Of a stretch of 64,000 nt of DNA, positions 44,732 through 60,712 are shown piece after piece. Position 1 is the stretch's first letter. The number at the start of each line of letters is the position of its first letter. The stretch is from the human T2T-CHM13v2.0 reference genome, Homo sapiens: NCBI RefSeq assembly GCF_009914755.1, contig NC_060946.1. One strand, written 5' to 3'. A program made the position numbers and the translations under genes. The notes under the pieces are model-generated. The model did not search any database. It saw nothing but the letters and a program-made list of their open reading frames with translations, and had not been told where the DNA came from.

Positions 44732-47286
44732 GACATAAAATAACAATGCCTTATATATCTGTATGGTTTTATAGTTTATGAAATGCTTTCACACATATTT
44801 CGCTATCTCGAAAGGTCTTTGTAGTAACAACTCTGTAAACCAGGTAAGGTATATATTATTACCACCAATTTACAGATGAGGAAACAAGCTCCCTGGATGT
44901 AAGGGGCTTCTCCATAGTCATCCAGTCCTGTGGCCTTTCCACGACTAACACCATCGTTATTCCTGCTCAGAGGCGCAGGCTGGGATCACCTGAGGTGACT
45001 ACCCTAGTGTAAAACTGACTCAGCTTGTGGCCACCAGAGGAGGCAGCCCAGAAGCTCACTGCCCAGCTCCCGCTGGGAAATCAAGGAAGATCAGGAAGGT
45101 TTTTTTTCCCTCTATGAGATCAAGCCCCCTCCCCTCAGGCCCCTGCAATCCAGGAAGTCCCCAGATCCAAACACGGAACACCATGGGCTTTTGTGCTTCC
45201 AGATTCCAAGAGGGACTTGGATCCCAAGGAGGCTGGGGGCATGGGAGGGAAAGAACAAAGGGAAAAATCTAGGCTGACCAGAACTTTTCATCTGGGCTCA
45301 TTAGTGGTTTTCAGTCAAGGCCAAGGGGCTCCCCTGGACTCACTCCAGAAGGGGCGGTTTTCCAGGAAAAAACCTTTTTGCTGGCTCCCTTTCGCCAGGA
45401 GGGACACAAGTCCCAGGAACAGAGCTTGGCAGCATCACCAGCTTCCCCGGCCGGTGGCTCTGTTGACATTTCCCAACACAGGCAAACCCCACAGACCCTT
45501 GTGGGGGCCAGGGGGCACATCCACTCTGCAAGGACCACCCTGAGAGCAGGCCGGGCTCAGAATGAGTCAGAGCAAACAAGACAGGAACGGTGGCTGTGAA
45601 CTGCCTGGCCGCCCCTCGTCTTTGCTGCGGGTCTGAGGTCTAGGGTCTATACCAGGAGCAGCCCCCAGGGCACCACCAGCTTATTTTCAGCTGTCTGCAC
45701 TTCACCCTGGCCAGTCCATTCAAGCAAATCCAAGGTTTCTCCCTGCCAGGTAAATCCTAGTTGTTCTTTCTCCCTACCATGTGTCTAACCACTAACTAGT
45801 CAACAGGCACCCCTAGGGTCCCAGCACCCAGGCTCCCCAAAGTCTCCCCATCGCGCCCCTGCCCTGCTCAAGACCTTGCAGCAATCACAGAACACAGGTC
45901 TCAGGCTGCGGGTTCTCAGCCTTTTCATAGACCTCAAACCCACAAAGGATAACTCCATGAATAGCAGAGAGACTCACTTGAACCCCATGCCCCCAAACCC
46001 TAAGTGTGTTGCTGACCCCGCCAATGAACGCATCTGAGGACATCGGTGCCCCTCACGAGACTCCTACCGAGAGCAGAAGGGGCAGGGGATGGTTACTAAG
46101 TACCTCCCAGCACCACGCTCAGTTTATTCACCACCTCACCTAACTGGCAACCATCCTGGGAAAGAGCTGTCTCATCATCCCCAATTCATAAACTAGGAAA
46201 CAGACTCAGAAAGGGCAAGTCACTTGCCCAGAGTTGCCCAACCCAGGCATGGAGTGGGACGCTAACCCAGGGACGCCTGGCTCCTGTGCCTGGCCTCCTC
46301 CCAGAACAATTGTGCCTGGGGTCCCTCGGAAGCCAGGCCGGCACTGGAGCTGGGCCCTAACTGTCCCCACGAGCTGAGTGTGATGTGGGGAGTGGAGAGG
46401 AATGCATTCCAGAGCGTTCAACAAATATTTGCCGGATGTTATCAGGTAGGCAGGAAGGCTGAGTGAGCCTTCCCAGTGTGGACCACATGGCCCGTCAAAA
46501 AGCAGGCACGTTAGAACTCAAGATTTACTCCCTCGGCCCGCTACTGTCGGCGCAAGCTTGCAGCCCATCAGCAGTGGCAGAATGAGCTCTGACCGTCCTC
46601 AAACGCTGCTTCGCCCCAGCAATGCCAACCCTAACAGCAAAGAACCCATCTGGTAGCCTGGCTTCTCGGCAGCCCATGGGCACCCTCAGGCTGCAGGGCC
46701 CAGGCACTCAGACTGCCCTGGAAATCCGCTCTGGAGGGTCACAAACATCACACCAGCTGGCGGGGAGGAATTCCACCCAACCAACTGCCCTCAGAACCTC
46801 ACCCTGTCCGACTTTCAGGCTTTGGTGGGAGGGCAGGGGACAGTCACAGGCCAGTGGTGTCCACTTGAAGACTAGCAGAGGCCTGGCCACCAAGCCACAG
46901 TTCTTGCAAGAGGAAGAGAGAATGCATCCCACCAGGGACACCCCCCGCCTCCAAGGACCAAGGCTCCAGCTGAAGGTCAGAGCCCCAGCTTGCTGGGCAC
47001 CTCCCTCCCAGAACTTTTCATTAAGCAAGGCTGGGCTCTGCTCAGCCTGGCCAAGGACAGGGCTATTTGGTTTCAGCAACTCTGCTAGAATGACGTGGGT
47101 GAGCAGCGGCGCCAAGATCAATACACGGGTTAGACCGGCAGGGAGAGCCGCAAAGGTCAGGATAAACAGTGGAGTTTCTATGAAAGCCCCCTCGGCCACC
47201 TGGGCAGGATCAGCCACATTCAATGATGGGGAGCCACAGGGCTGCAGCAGAGCTGCTGTTTCCACTCGTATCCTGTGCCTCTGGGG

Positions 47287-47288
<2 letters not shown>

Positions 47289-47318
<30 letters not shown>
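47289..47318. repeat. (GT)n microsatellite
   Basis: ~15 GT units. Confidence 0.95.
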
Positions 47319-47321
<3 letters not shown>

Positions 47322-47477
47322 AGTGTGTTCAGTCAGGTTAATACTCAGACCTCTCCAGGATGCATGTGGGTTAAACCACCTTATCTATAATCCATATGCC
47401 TCATTTATGAATGGGGGATAGTAAAGAGCTGCTAAAAATTCAATAAGGGGCACGACAGCGGGATACCCGGGAGGTAG

Positions 47478-48929
<1,452 letters not shown>

Positions 48930-49139
48930 GTAGTGTACCACCACCTTGAGATACATTCCCAGGAGTGGAGTTACGGGAGAAAAGAACATACAAACACTTC
49001 TACAGTCCTGGGATGTCCCATCCAATTGTTTTCCAAAAGGGCTGAATCGACATGCACTGCCATTTGAGCAGGATGTACATGTGAAAGCAACCAACCAGCA
49101 TCATCATCTACCACTTAAAAAAACAAAAAAACAAAAAAC

Positions 49140-49142
<3 letters not shown>

Positions 49143-49185
<43 letters not shown>
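49143..49185. repeat. (AC)n microsatellite
   Basis: ~21 AC units. Confidence 0.95.
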
Positions 49186-49188
<3 letters not shown>

Positions 49189-49379
49189 GAAAGATCTCCG
49201 TGGCTCAGAAAGTCCCGAGCTCCTGTGGGAATGGGCAGGCCAGCAAGAGGTTCAGAAGGAAGCAAGCAGCTCTCGCCCCTGGAGATGAGATTGGATCAGG
49301 CTGAGGCCATCCCCCAGCGCTTTCCTTCCCGCCGGCTTCCTGCGGGTGCCAGTCCAACTCCAAGAAACCCAAGCAGTTG

Positions 49380-49455
49380 CCTTTTTAGGCCATAATCGAG
49401 CGGGACACAACCAGAGGCTAAATTAGGACTCTCAGGAAATGATGAAACTGAAAGT
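49380..49455 (+). promoter_or_regulatory. CArG box plus ISRE/IRF element in intron 1
   Basis: CCTTTTTAGG at 49380-49389; GGAAATGATGAAACTGAAAGT at 49435-49455. Confidence 0.55.
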
Positions 49456-50433
49456 AAATAGGTTGACCAAAAACATCTTCTTTCAACCCAAAATGTAATG
49501 CCTCAATTATTTGCCTTCTCCCCTTCCCCACAAACATCATATGGATCTTTTATTTCTCCCTGTTTTCCCAGAGAATACTCTCCCTCCCTCCCTCCGTTTC
49601 TCTTTTTACTTATTTGTGGGTTTGTCTGGAAAATGAACAGCTAGCACCTTAAAGACAGAATGTATTCTACTCTCAGATCTTTGGTTGAAACGTTGAGAGC
49701 ATTTCCACTCCCAGACAACGAGGGCTGATGTAAACCTTTCTGTGGGCCAAGTTCTAGGCTGGGAGTGTCCAAGTCATCACCTTCACCGTAAAGCTGCATA
49801 GACCAAGGACCTGCTAGGAAGCGCTGCATGTTCTCACTCAATCCTTGCAATAATTTCATGAGGCACATACATACTCATTTTACAGGTGGGGGAAATGGGG
49901 CTCAGACAAGGCACAAAACCTAGGGTCAGACTCAGCCCCGTGTGGCTTCAATGCCCTGCTCCGTTTCCCCCTTAGCTGCCTTACTGGTGAGGTCAAGGGG
50001 GCTACAAGAAGCAAACAAACAGAGAACCCCCCCTTTATTAATTAAGCAGACATTGATAATGCCACCTCAAAGCTGTAAACCCCATCTCCCCATGCTGGCT
50101 TGCACAAGGGACTCCATCCTTCCGACCTAAATTGCTGGGTGCTAAAAGTAAGAAAGAAGGTGGGAGTGTGACCTTGGGTGAGCCATTTGAGTTCTCTGTG
50201 CCCAGTCTGCCAGGAGTTGACCTAACCAATCTCCAATGGCCTTGGGCACGCCAAGGCTTCAGTTCAGACACCCCAGCGGCCTCAGCCCAGACACTGGAAG
50301 CCCTATTCCAGCCTCACCACTGATGTATGCAAGCAGCCCCTCTGTTTGTTTTTTTCCATCCCCACCCCCATCCTGGAGAACACAGGTGAACATGTCCTTT
50401 CTCTTTCTACTTGCGGCCGTTGGTTTTGAGTTA

Positions 50434-50829
<396 letters not shown>

Positions 50830-51564
50830 TCAAGCTCATTTGATTCACTTATTCAATCAACTAATACATAGAGAATCCACATGCAAAAAAATCATGACAA
50901 AGGCATAAAGATCCCAGGGGGTTTCTAATGAGGTCGCGCGGCAGGACGGACATGAACCTAGGTGACTAGGTGGAGTGTCCACCTGGGCAATGTGGTAGAG
51001 TAGACAGAAAGCAAGCTCCTGGGCTTCCTTCTGTCCTGTTCACTGCTGAATCCAACACCCAAACGCAGTAAGCACCCGCTAGACAGATCTGCCATGTGGA
51101 TGAATGCAGAAACTCCTTGCTGTGTGGCCTTCGGCCGGTGCCACCTCTCTGGCCTCAACTGTAAATGCAGATAATATTTTATGCTGCCTTCCCTGCCTTG
51201 CAGGGCTGCTTAATGCAGCATGTATTCCTTAAATACACATAATGATGAGACAGGACACCTACCATAGTGGAACATTCATGCAGAGAGGAAGAACCACGTC
51301 AACAACCGGCTCCACCACTGACTCAGCGAAGAAGAGGAGAGGAACATGCAACTTGCCGTGGGAACAAAGAGAAAGGGACACTTCCTTGGACACTCAAGCG
51401 AAGAGTGTCATGGAGGATATGACATTTAAACTGGGTCCTGGAAGATGGGTAGAATATTGGCAGGGAAGGGAAGAGATGGTGGAAAGGTATCCCGGGCCGA
51501 GGGAGAAAAGCAAGAGCCAACGTACAGGAAGAAGGTACGATCGCTCAATAACCACATACAAAAC

Positions 51565-51790
51565 GATGCCACGGCACTATGGCTATCTGGGGCCAGAGAA
51601 TCCTTTGTGGTGGGGCTGTCCTGTGCCACGTGGGGTATTTAGCAGCAGAGCAGCACCCCTGGCCTCTACCCACTAGATGCCAGTCGCACCCTGTCCCCAG
51701 TTGTGACAACCAAATACCTCTCCAGACATCACCAAAGGTGGAAATTGGGGGTTGCGGGGGAAGACAAATCACACCCGGTTGAGCCCACTG
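51565..51790 (-). mobile_element. MER20
   Basis: Reverse-complement core CCTGGCCTCTACCCACTAGATGCCAG...GTTGTGACAACCAAA...GGTTGAGCCCACTG. Confidence 0.85.
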
Positions 51791-52196
51791 ATTGAAGGGG
51801 TTCGTGTGAACAAACGCAGCACTATGAAGCCAGACCTCTCAGTCGTCATCCTCCCCCATCTCTGAAGTGCACGGGCCAAATCTCCTTAACAAAACAGAAA
51901 TCCTCAGGGCAAAAGGATTCCCAGGACCCCATAAAAATGGCCATTATGGATGGCATTGTCACCAAGGAATGACAGCTCCTTGTAACATACTGTATTCTAA
52001 GAGATCTGACCTAGATTCTCCTGCTGGACTGTGCTTTAAAGATCCTGAATACCCAATTTAAAAGTAAACCAATCAACCAGGCAGAAGAGACTGATGTGCC
52101 TCCCCAGGCAGGCAAGAAGCACCTTCAGAACCTCCAACACGGCAGCTCAGCCTGCGACTCATAAGCAAAGTCACCAGCATCAAAGGGTCCAGATGA

Positions 52197-52674
<478 letters not shown>

Positions 52675-53329
52675 TAATAAATATATTTAAACACCTACCA
52701 ACGAGCCATCTCCACCTGGTGGATGCACCATCACACCTGAACTCCCCCACCATCTCTCCCCAGACCCATACCCTCTTCTGGGTGTCCATCTCTGGGAGAC
52801 ACCATCCATCTGGCCACCCAAGACAGTCACCGTAAACTCCTCCCCAGCCCTCCGCCAACACCACTGCCCGTGCCCTGTTCCAGTCCAGGCCCACAGGCCC
52901 TCCCTTCTGGACTGCTCCAACTGCCTCCCTCCTGGCCTCCCCTGCCACTTCTACAGAACTCCTTTCTGATGACTCACAAATTCAAATTCCTATTTATATG
53001 ACTTCCTATTTCATTGATATTATTTGATCAGTTCAAAATGGTTCGACAGCTCCACACCTTCACCAGAATAAAATCTGCATGCTAAGCAAGCCCTCTAGGA
53101 CCCCACCCATTCATCTTGCCCCTGCCCTTCCTTTTGCCACAGTCATTCCCAGCGGTATATAATCAATTCCCCAGTCACACTACACTCTGCTCAGGCCTCC
53201 AGGCCTTCAAAGAAGGCAGAGAAGTGTCCTTTGTATTAGGAACCCTCTCTGAGATCAAAGCTCAAACGCTCCCTTCTCTAAAGACTTTTTGCAGCAAAAA
53301 GATGTCTCATATCTATGGCCCTCCCGTCT

Positions 53330-53490
53330 GTGCTCTGTACTTGTTCCACTGTAACCAAACAGCTAAATACTCATTATTTGTAGTTTTATTTGAGGACAGG
53401 AATTGGGTCTCATTCATCAATTCCAAATGTCTGGCACAATGCCTGGCCCAGAGCAGGTGCTCAGTTAAAGTGTCCTGAATGAATAAATGA
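53330..53490 (+). mobile_element. L2 3' end
   Basis: GGCACAATGCCTGGCCCAGAGCAGGTGCTCAG..TGAATGAATAAATGA terminus. Confidence 0.7.
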
Positions 53491-54213
53491 GAAACAAGGC
53501 CAAAATGAGGAAGAAAGACTTAATGGGGAAGGTCCCCAGAGGCTGGAAAATCCCCTTGGGCTGTGGCTGTGCAAAGAGGGACAGGGCTGGAGAGCTGAAG
53601 GTAACAGGAGAGCCAAGTTGAAACCACACACGCGTAAGGGTTATAGCCACCTAATTTGTTACAAACACCAAACCATTTATGGACTAATTTTTATATCCTC
53701 AAAACAAAAAGGGAAAGAATGCATACTGGGGCTTTCAATCTACAAAGAGAAATAGGACTGAGGATAATTTACTGGTTTTACATATAGTTCAACCATCTCT
53801 GTTTTCTAGAACCTTCTAGCACCCCCTGATTAACCAGTGTAGAGGCACCTACCACCTACTACCAGTCCGACATACCAGAAAGAATCTTGGCTGGCATGGC
53901 CTCTGCTCTTGCTAGGATGCCATGAGAAGGTCGTGTGCCCTCCTGGAATGCTACGCCTCCATCTATCAAGTAGGTGCTGGCAACATCAACCTTTGGTATC
54001 AACTCAGAAGTGACAGACAGAAGTGGAAAAACCACAGCCATGTGAGGTCCTGGTTCTGCAAACCCTAAGATAAATGCTTGTAATGTACCACAATGGAGTT
54101 TATGGCTTTGGGGCCAGACAGACCTGGATTGGAGTCCCAGGTCCCCTGCTCACAATTCCTGTGACCTTGAAGCTGTTAGCACCCCAATTTCCTAGCTTTA
54201 GAATGAGGACAAA

Positions 54214-54259
54214 CACCACCACCACCACCACCACCACCACCACCACCACCACCACCACC
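54214..54259. repeat. (CAC)n trinucleotide repeat
   Basis: ~15 perfect units. Confidence 0.95.
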
Positions 54260-54614
54260 TAACATCAGAAGAGTTGTAGCTCAAGCTCCCAGTGGAGAAT
54301 GGCATGATAGGAATTTCCCTCCCAACTCCTCTATCTTGTGATTCTGAGCTATTTAATCCCCATTCTTCCTAGGAATGACACCTGGGCCCTCTGAAAATCA
54401 GTTACCAGGAGTCTAGTGACTCTTTCTGCAGGTTATATCCATCCATAGAGGACAGTTCTCAGGGACAGTGACTATAAAGACAGCAATTTGCAGAGGGAAG
54501 AGGGTTTCGTGGCCGAGTAAGGATGGAATGCCGTCTCCCTATGGCCCTCTTGCAATCACAATATGCACAAAATGTTGTAGGAAGCAGCCTGCAAAAAGAA
54601 ATCTGCTTAACTTA

Positions 54615-55122
<508 letters not shown>

Positions 55123-55974
55123 CTATCTGCTCACAGGTATGCACAAGGCCACTCTCTGCAATACACACCAGGGCTGTCAGAGCAGTTATCTACAGGGTGG
55201 GTCAATAAAGTGGCTCCTCTGTCACCCAGGGCTAATAACCTACAGCAGCCTCGACCTAGGCCCTCACTCTCCCCAGGCTAACAAGGAGTGGGGGGCTCCT
55301 CCCAGCTGCCAGTGCCCAGGAGGTAGGAGCTGAAGACTGCGGGTGGGCCCCCCTTCCCTTTCCACCTCAGGAATGTTGTTTGCTTACAGAAGAAGCTGGA
55401 ACTTGTTTCCATTAGCAGTATTCCAACCCAAGCCTGTGTTGATGCTTAGCAGATAAGAAAACCAGAGAGGAACTTAGTGCCCGGGCCCCAGAGCCTGCCC
55501 CATCTGCAGGTTCTGCCTTTGCCTCCTTGAAGCGGGCATGGAGGGGGGCTCAGGTGACTGCTGAAAGTCCAGGAAACAATGAAAGATGATGGCATTTGCC
55601 TGTCCAAGGGAGGGCCTGTGGTCACTTTCACTTTGCCTGGCACCGAAGGAAACTCAGGCTATCAAAAACAACACCAGTACGTATTTCAAATCATGTTGTA
55701 CACAATGGATATAAACAATTTTTGTCAACTTAAAAATTAAATGAACAATTTCTTTTAAAAAAAAAATGACACCAGAAACCAGAATGTGGTACATAGAGTC
55801 CCTCCTCCTGCATGGGAAGGGGTGGGGGCAATAGCTTGGGACAGGCTGGAGGAGATAAACTGGGGCAGCTAACCCAGGATCTTATCAGCCATTTAGGAAT
55901 GTGGACTTTATTCTAGGGATAATTGGGGAGGAGCAGAGGTGACATCAGATTTGTATTTTAAAGTAATTGGCTGG

Positions 55975-56265
55975 GGGTGTACGGTGGCTCACGCCTGTAA
56001 TCCCAACACTTTGGGAGGACAAGGCAGGTAGATCACGAGGTCAGGAGTTCAAGACCAGCCTGGCCAACATGGTGAAACCCCATCTCTACTAAAAATACAA
56101 AAATTAGCCAGGCGTGATGGTGTGCGCCTGTAATCCCAGCTACCCGGGAGGCTGAGGCCAAGAATTGCTTGAACCCAGGAGGCAGAGGTTGCAGTGAGCC
56201 GAAATTGCGCCACTGTACTCCAGCCTGGGGGACAGAGCGAGACTCTGCCTCAAAAATAAAAAAAA
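55975..56265 (+). mobile_element. Alu (AluS-like)
   Basis: Dimer with A-rich tail. Confidence 0.88.
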
Positions 56266-56697
56266 CAGAAATCATCCTCCCTTACCTGCATGGAGGGGGC
56301 AATGAGAAGTCAGTGGTTGGAAAATACTGGGGACTTGCAAGGAGGGAGCTTCCAATCTAAGAGAAGAAAAGACAGTTCCCTGACCAGGCTAGGTGGAGAG
56401 TGATTAAATGACACGAGAGGGACAAGTGCAGCCATAGACTTTACCCTCTGATCTCCTACTCCATAGAGCCTGGCTCGAGGAGAGTCCTGGAATCACCGTC
56501 CTACGACAGTGAGAAGTGACCAAGCAATCCCAGGAGCTCCAGGGCCAGTGTTTCCAGAGCATCTTAGGCACAGATCTCATGTGGCATGTGTCACACAGAC
56601 TACACAATAAAGTGTCCAATGGGGTGTCCTCCACTAAGATACCAACTTCAGGACCACAGAGACATGGCTTTAGATCCTCAGCACAGAAACCATTTCT

Positions 56698-56959
56698 GAG
56701 TCGCTCTGTTGCCCGGGCTGGAGTGCAGTGGCACAATCTTGGCTCACTGCAACCTCTGCCTCCTGGATTCAAGTGATTATCCCGCCTCAGCTGGGACTAC
56801 AGGTGCATGCCAGCACGCTCGGCTAATTTTTGTATTTTAGTAGAGATGGGGTTTCACCATGTTGGCCAGGATCGTCTTGAACTCCTGACCTCAAGTGATC
56901 CACCTGCCTCAGCCTTCCAAAGCGCTGGGATTACAGGCATGAGCCACTACACCCGGCCT
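56698..56959 (-). mobile_element. Tailless Alu with TSD
   Basis: GAAACCATTTCT at 56686-56697 and 56960-56971; no poly(A). Confidence 0.85.
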
Positions 56960-59634
56960 GAAACCATTTCTTAATGAATAAATCAAACAACCAATGAGCC
57001 AGGGCAGAAAGCAGCAAAAGTTTGAGGCCAGCCCTGCCATCACCCCAGAATGATAGCCCGCCCAGCATGGATAGAAGTGTGCCCCCTACAGCCTTTATAA
57101 CCCCACCCCAATGCCTTCCACCAGTGCCTCTCAACCATCTTTCCAGCCACACCTCTCTTATCCCCTGCTACAACCCTCCATTCCAGTCACTAGAGCACAC
57201 TCCCCAGAGCAGCCTTTGCTTCAGCTGTCACCCAGAGACAAGCTGGAGGGCCCATCTCCCCAATTCTCCACAGACTGAGAGTCCCCAAAACCAAGTGGAC
57301 ATGCCATCGCCCCCAGGCAGCCTCTCCTAGTATGAATTACTCATAGTATGAATTACCCTAGTATGAATTACTCACCCTTCTCCCTCCTCCCCAACAGGCC
57401 CAGCGCAATCTGCCTTATACAGAACCATGGCTTCATTGCCTGTGTCCTCTGCTGTCTCTTAGAACTCTCTAGAGGCAGGAACTGTCTCCCCAACCCTCTT
57501 GCTCTTGCCCAGGGTGCTGCAGAGAGAGCATCAATGCTTGTTGAAAATAACTGAATTGTTGAAAATGCTTGCAAGTATTTTCTGGGAACCTGGCAGTCCA
57601 AGAGAATGACCACTCCAAGGGTAGCTGGAGGGAGAGACAGAGGGAGGCAGGAAGGAGGGAAGGAAGGAAGGAGAGGAGGAAACAATAGGTTAAGCAGCTT
57701 TTGCCCCATGTTAAGAGGCCAGGCAGACAGACCTAGGGCTGGATCTGCAGATAAGTCATCTACACTGGACCCTTGGCTTTGCTTTTAATTGGTTCAATAT
57801 TTGCACAGTGACATCACACCTGCGCCTTACCTACTCAATAACAAGCTTTCTCTCAGTCACCCAGAAGAAACTGCAAAGAAAAGCAAATTGTTTCAGGTAT
57901 GGTGGGGACGTCCCCTCCTAAATAGTGAGGGGCAGATGATCCCCTTTGACTCACCCCCAGGTTGGAAGCGGCTGACAGGGGAAGGGTTTGGTTGGGTTCA
58001 CCAAGCGCACCAAGCATGTCCCCCTGCAGATGGTATCTCCCCAGCTGGCTGGAGGCTTCCCACACCCCCAGGAGGGGGAACTTGAACCCTTCAGATTCCT
58101 GCAGCAAAGTTATTCCTTCCCTTAGCTTCTGCTGATAGAATGGTTTTTCTTTCCTCAAGCATGTGAGCACAGTTTGCTGAAACCCAATGCAGAAAAATAA
58201 CCATACTCAGAAGATGTAATTATACGGCCACCGTCTCAGTGGGAAAGTGCAGCATGAGGGCTTTCTGAGTCCACATCACGACTGCTGAGAAGTGCAACCA
58301 GAGACCAGAAACAGAAGATCACTTTTGAAGGTTGCTCAGCCTAGAACCCTTCAAGCCTTCAGCAGCTTGTTATCCTCTGAGTGATTATTTAAATCACACA
58401 AAAAAAGCGAATGAATGAGAAGCCACTTTCCCCCAGTAGCCATCTCACCTCTAGTCCTGCAGGGCTGAGGGCTCCAAGGCAGAGATCGGGTCACCACTGC
58501 ATCCCCAGTGCCCCACATATGGGAGGTGCTGAACTAAAGTCATGGGAGAGGCTCCCATCTTCCCAAAGGTCCAGACTCCAGGGACCAACTCCAGTCAAAT
58601 CTGCGTCACCCACTCTTAAGTGCCTGATGTTAAGCCCAATCATCTTCTATCTTATTGTCCAAATAAGTCCACATGACTATGGTGTGGCTCATGTCTCCCC
58701 TTAGCAGGACAGACAGCAAGGGCCACCCACAATGGGCCATAGCTTCTCTGTGGCCATCCAGGGTCCTCACCCTCCGCCCCACCCCCTGCCTCACTGATAA
58801 CTATATCTGCCGTACACTAATTTTTATTTTGTTTCCAAGAGGCACATCACTGGCCAGGGGTCAGCAACAATCTCCCTGCATTGATCAAGCGGTCATTACA
58901 GTGGACTCTGATCATGGGCTTCAAAAGGAGAGGGACCTGCTCATGGTGATTTTTCACTTACAGCCTTCACAGAAGGCATCTGAGGACGAGCCGCAGCCAG
59001 GAGGTAGACAGGCTGCCTGTGGAATGCCAGAGCCACCACTTAACTAACAGCAAACTTTGCAGCTTGACTTGGGCCCCAAGCCTCAGTTTCTCCACCTGTA
59101 AAATGGAGCTGATCCCAGCTACCCCCATGGACAGCTACAAGGAGCCCCAGTGGGTCTAGCTGACAGCCCCCACCCCCACCCCCACCAGCCCCTACTTCTG
59201 CATTGGATCGGAGTATCGTCTAACTCACAGTGCCACTGTGATGACAAAATAAGCTCCCAGAGCTGGGCTCGGGGCAGCCCCGAACACCAGCCCCTCCCCC
59301 ATGATCTTTGCCTCCTCTCAAGACAGCCTGTGTCACCACTGAGCTCATAATGAGTCAGTCACAGACGCTGCCCTCACACAGCCCACTTCGAGGGTTTGAA
59401 GTCACATCCTGCCTAACCCAACTCGACATGATTTATTCCACCCCAGGAAGGTAGCTCATTTCCCAGAATTTTGTTAAGCCCTTTAGTAAAGGAGTCTGAT
59501 CTGGCAAGGGGCTCCCTTTACAGCCCTGGCTGAACATGCAGCTCAGCTCGGGCCTGGAGGCAGGAACCACCCTAAGTCAGGGCTGCCAGAGGCGCCAGGG
59601 CATCTCATCCTTGGGGCCCCAACATTTATCTTAA

Positions 59635-59943
<309 letters not shown>

Positions 59944-60090
59944 TTTTTTTAAATTTTAATTTAAAAACTTTTTGTCATAAATACAAACATGTCTAACAAA
60001 ACTGTCACAATGTGACATACACATGCTATTCACTCTGATTCTTTTCCATTCAAGTCTATTTTATTTCATTTCTAAACACACTGGTTGCCC

Positions 60091-60435
<345 letters not shown>

Positions 60436-60619
60436 TCACTTGAAAGTTCTTGAAAAACACCACCGTGACTTATCTACGCTAGGAAGGAGAGGAACGATCT
60501 GCCTAAGATCACATAGCCAGGCCAAGCAGAAACTCAAGTCCAAAGCCAAAGGGAAACTCAGTGAGAGGTGGGGGGTCGGGGGGAGTGTCCCACTCCAGGC
60601 AAGTGAGACTCAGCTGTAG

Positions 60620-60712
60620 CAACCCAATCACCTGACACATTCATCTCGTGGTGTTTACATCATCTGATCCCGCCAGCCTTGGCAAAGTGAAGGGTCACGC
60701 GGCCCCTCCCCC
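60620..60712 (-). promoter_or_regulatory. Intron-1 enhancer module (GC box plus E-box-like element)
   Basis: Minus strand GGGAGGGGCC-GC-GTGACCC (60692-60710); nearby TCAGGTGA and CCAAT; matches Sp1/USF elements recalled from MYH9 intron-1 enhancer studies. Confidence 0.6.

Noticed and set aside
45027-45046. CTCF-like motif TGGCCACCAGAGGAGGCAG
   Set aside because: Core spacing deviates from the consensus; cannot be supported without ChIP data
46622-47341. Longest non-MYH9 ORF (239 aa, +) and its overlapping minus-strand ORF
   Set aside because: No recognisable domain; runs into a (GT)n repeat; expected by chance in GC-rich intronic DNA
57328-57374. Three copies of TAGTATGAATTAC(TCA/CC)
   Set aside because: Ordinary short slippage repeat with no supporting context
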